A stretch of 64,000 bases of DNA, taken from Vicinamibacteria bacterium (GTDB taxonomy: Bacteria > Acidobacteriota > Vicinamibacteria > Marinacidobacterales > Marinacidobacteraceae). The position numbers were made by a program, and so were the translations under genes. Shown here one piece after another: positions 63,983-64,000 of the stretch (within the stretch, counting starts at the first letter, position 1; each line of letters opens with the position of its first letter). The notes under the pieces were generated by a model, which was given only the letters and a program-made list of their open reading frames with translations, searched no databases and had not been told where the DNA came from. Location of the stretch: the NCBI GenBank assembly GCA_965199715.1, contig OZ241322.1, forward strand, positions 2,080,001-2,144,000, read 5' to 3'.

Positions 63983-64000
63983 TCGCGGCTCGCAACGCCG

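Overview
Very high-GC bacterial chromosomal window. Gene order (DUF6677-nupC-PNP, lysS-lolCD-clpC-bamA-skp-fabZ, DUF1592/DUF1552/ankyrin triads) suggests Acidobacteriota; this is an inference. 1-25 kb is mostly housekeeping. 25.7-28.8 kb holds a secreted KatG and OxyR with OxyR boxes. 28.9-31.5 kb is a patch of decaying genes for secreted proteins. 31.5-38.5 kb is a co-oriented cluster of HemN-like radical SAM, flavin-dependent halogenase, two Na+/solute symporters, a small membrane protein and a PLP decarboxylase. 40-51.6 kb is a tandem duplication of a DUF1592 cytochrome c / DUF1552 / ankyrin-CxxC triad. Its DUF1552 copies are apparently identical over about 1.4 kb and strongly G/T-skewed (GRINS-like) while the flanking paralogs have diverged. 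The rest contains an M16 peptidase pair, ggt, an argR-C-D-F'-B operon whose transcarbamylase carries the succinyl-specificity residue, and two defence-gene remnants at the right end. Many genes appear leaderless (TANNNT 6-9 nt before the start codon). No tRNA, rRNA, CRISPR array or intact mobile element was recognised. All calls are by eye, with no database searches.
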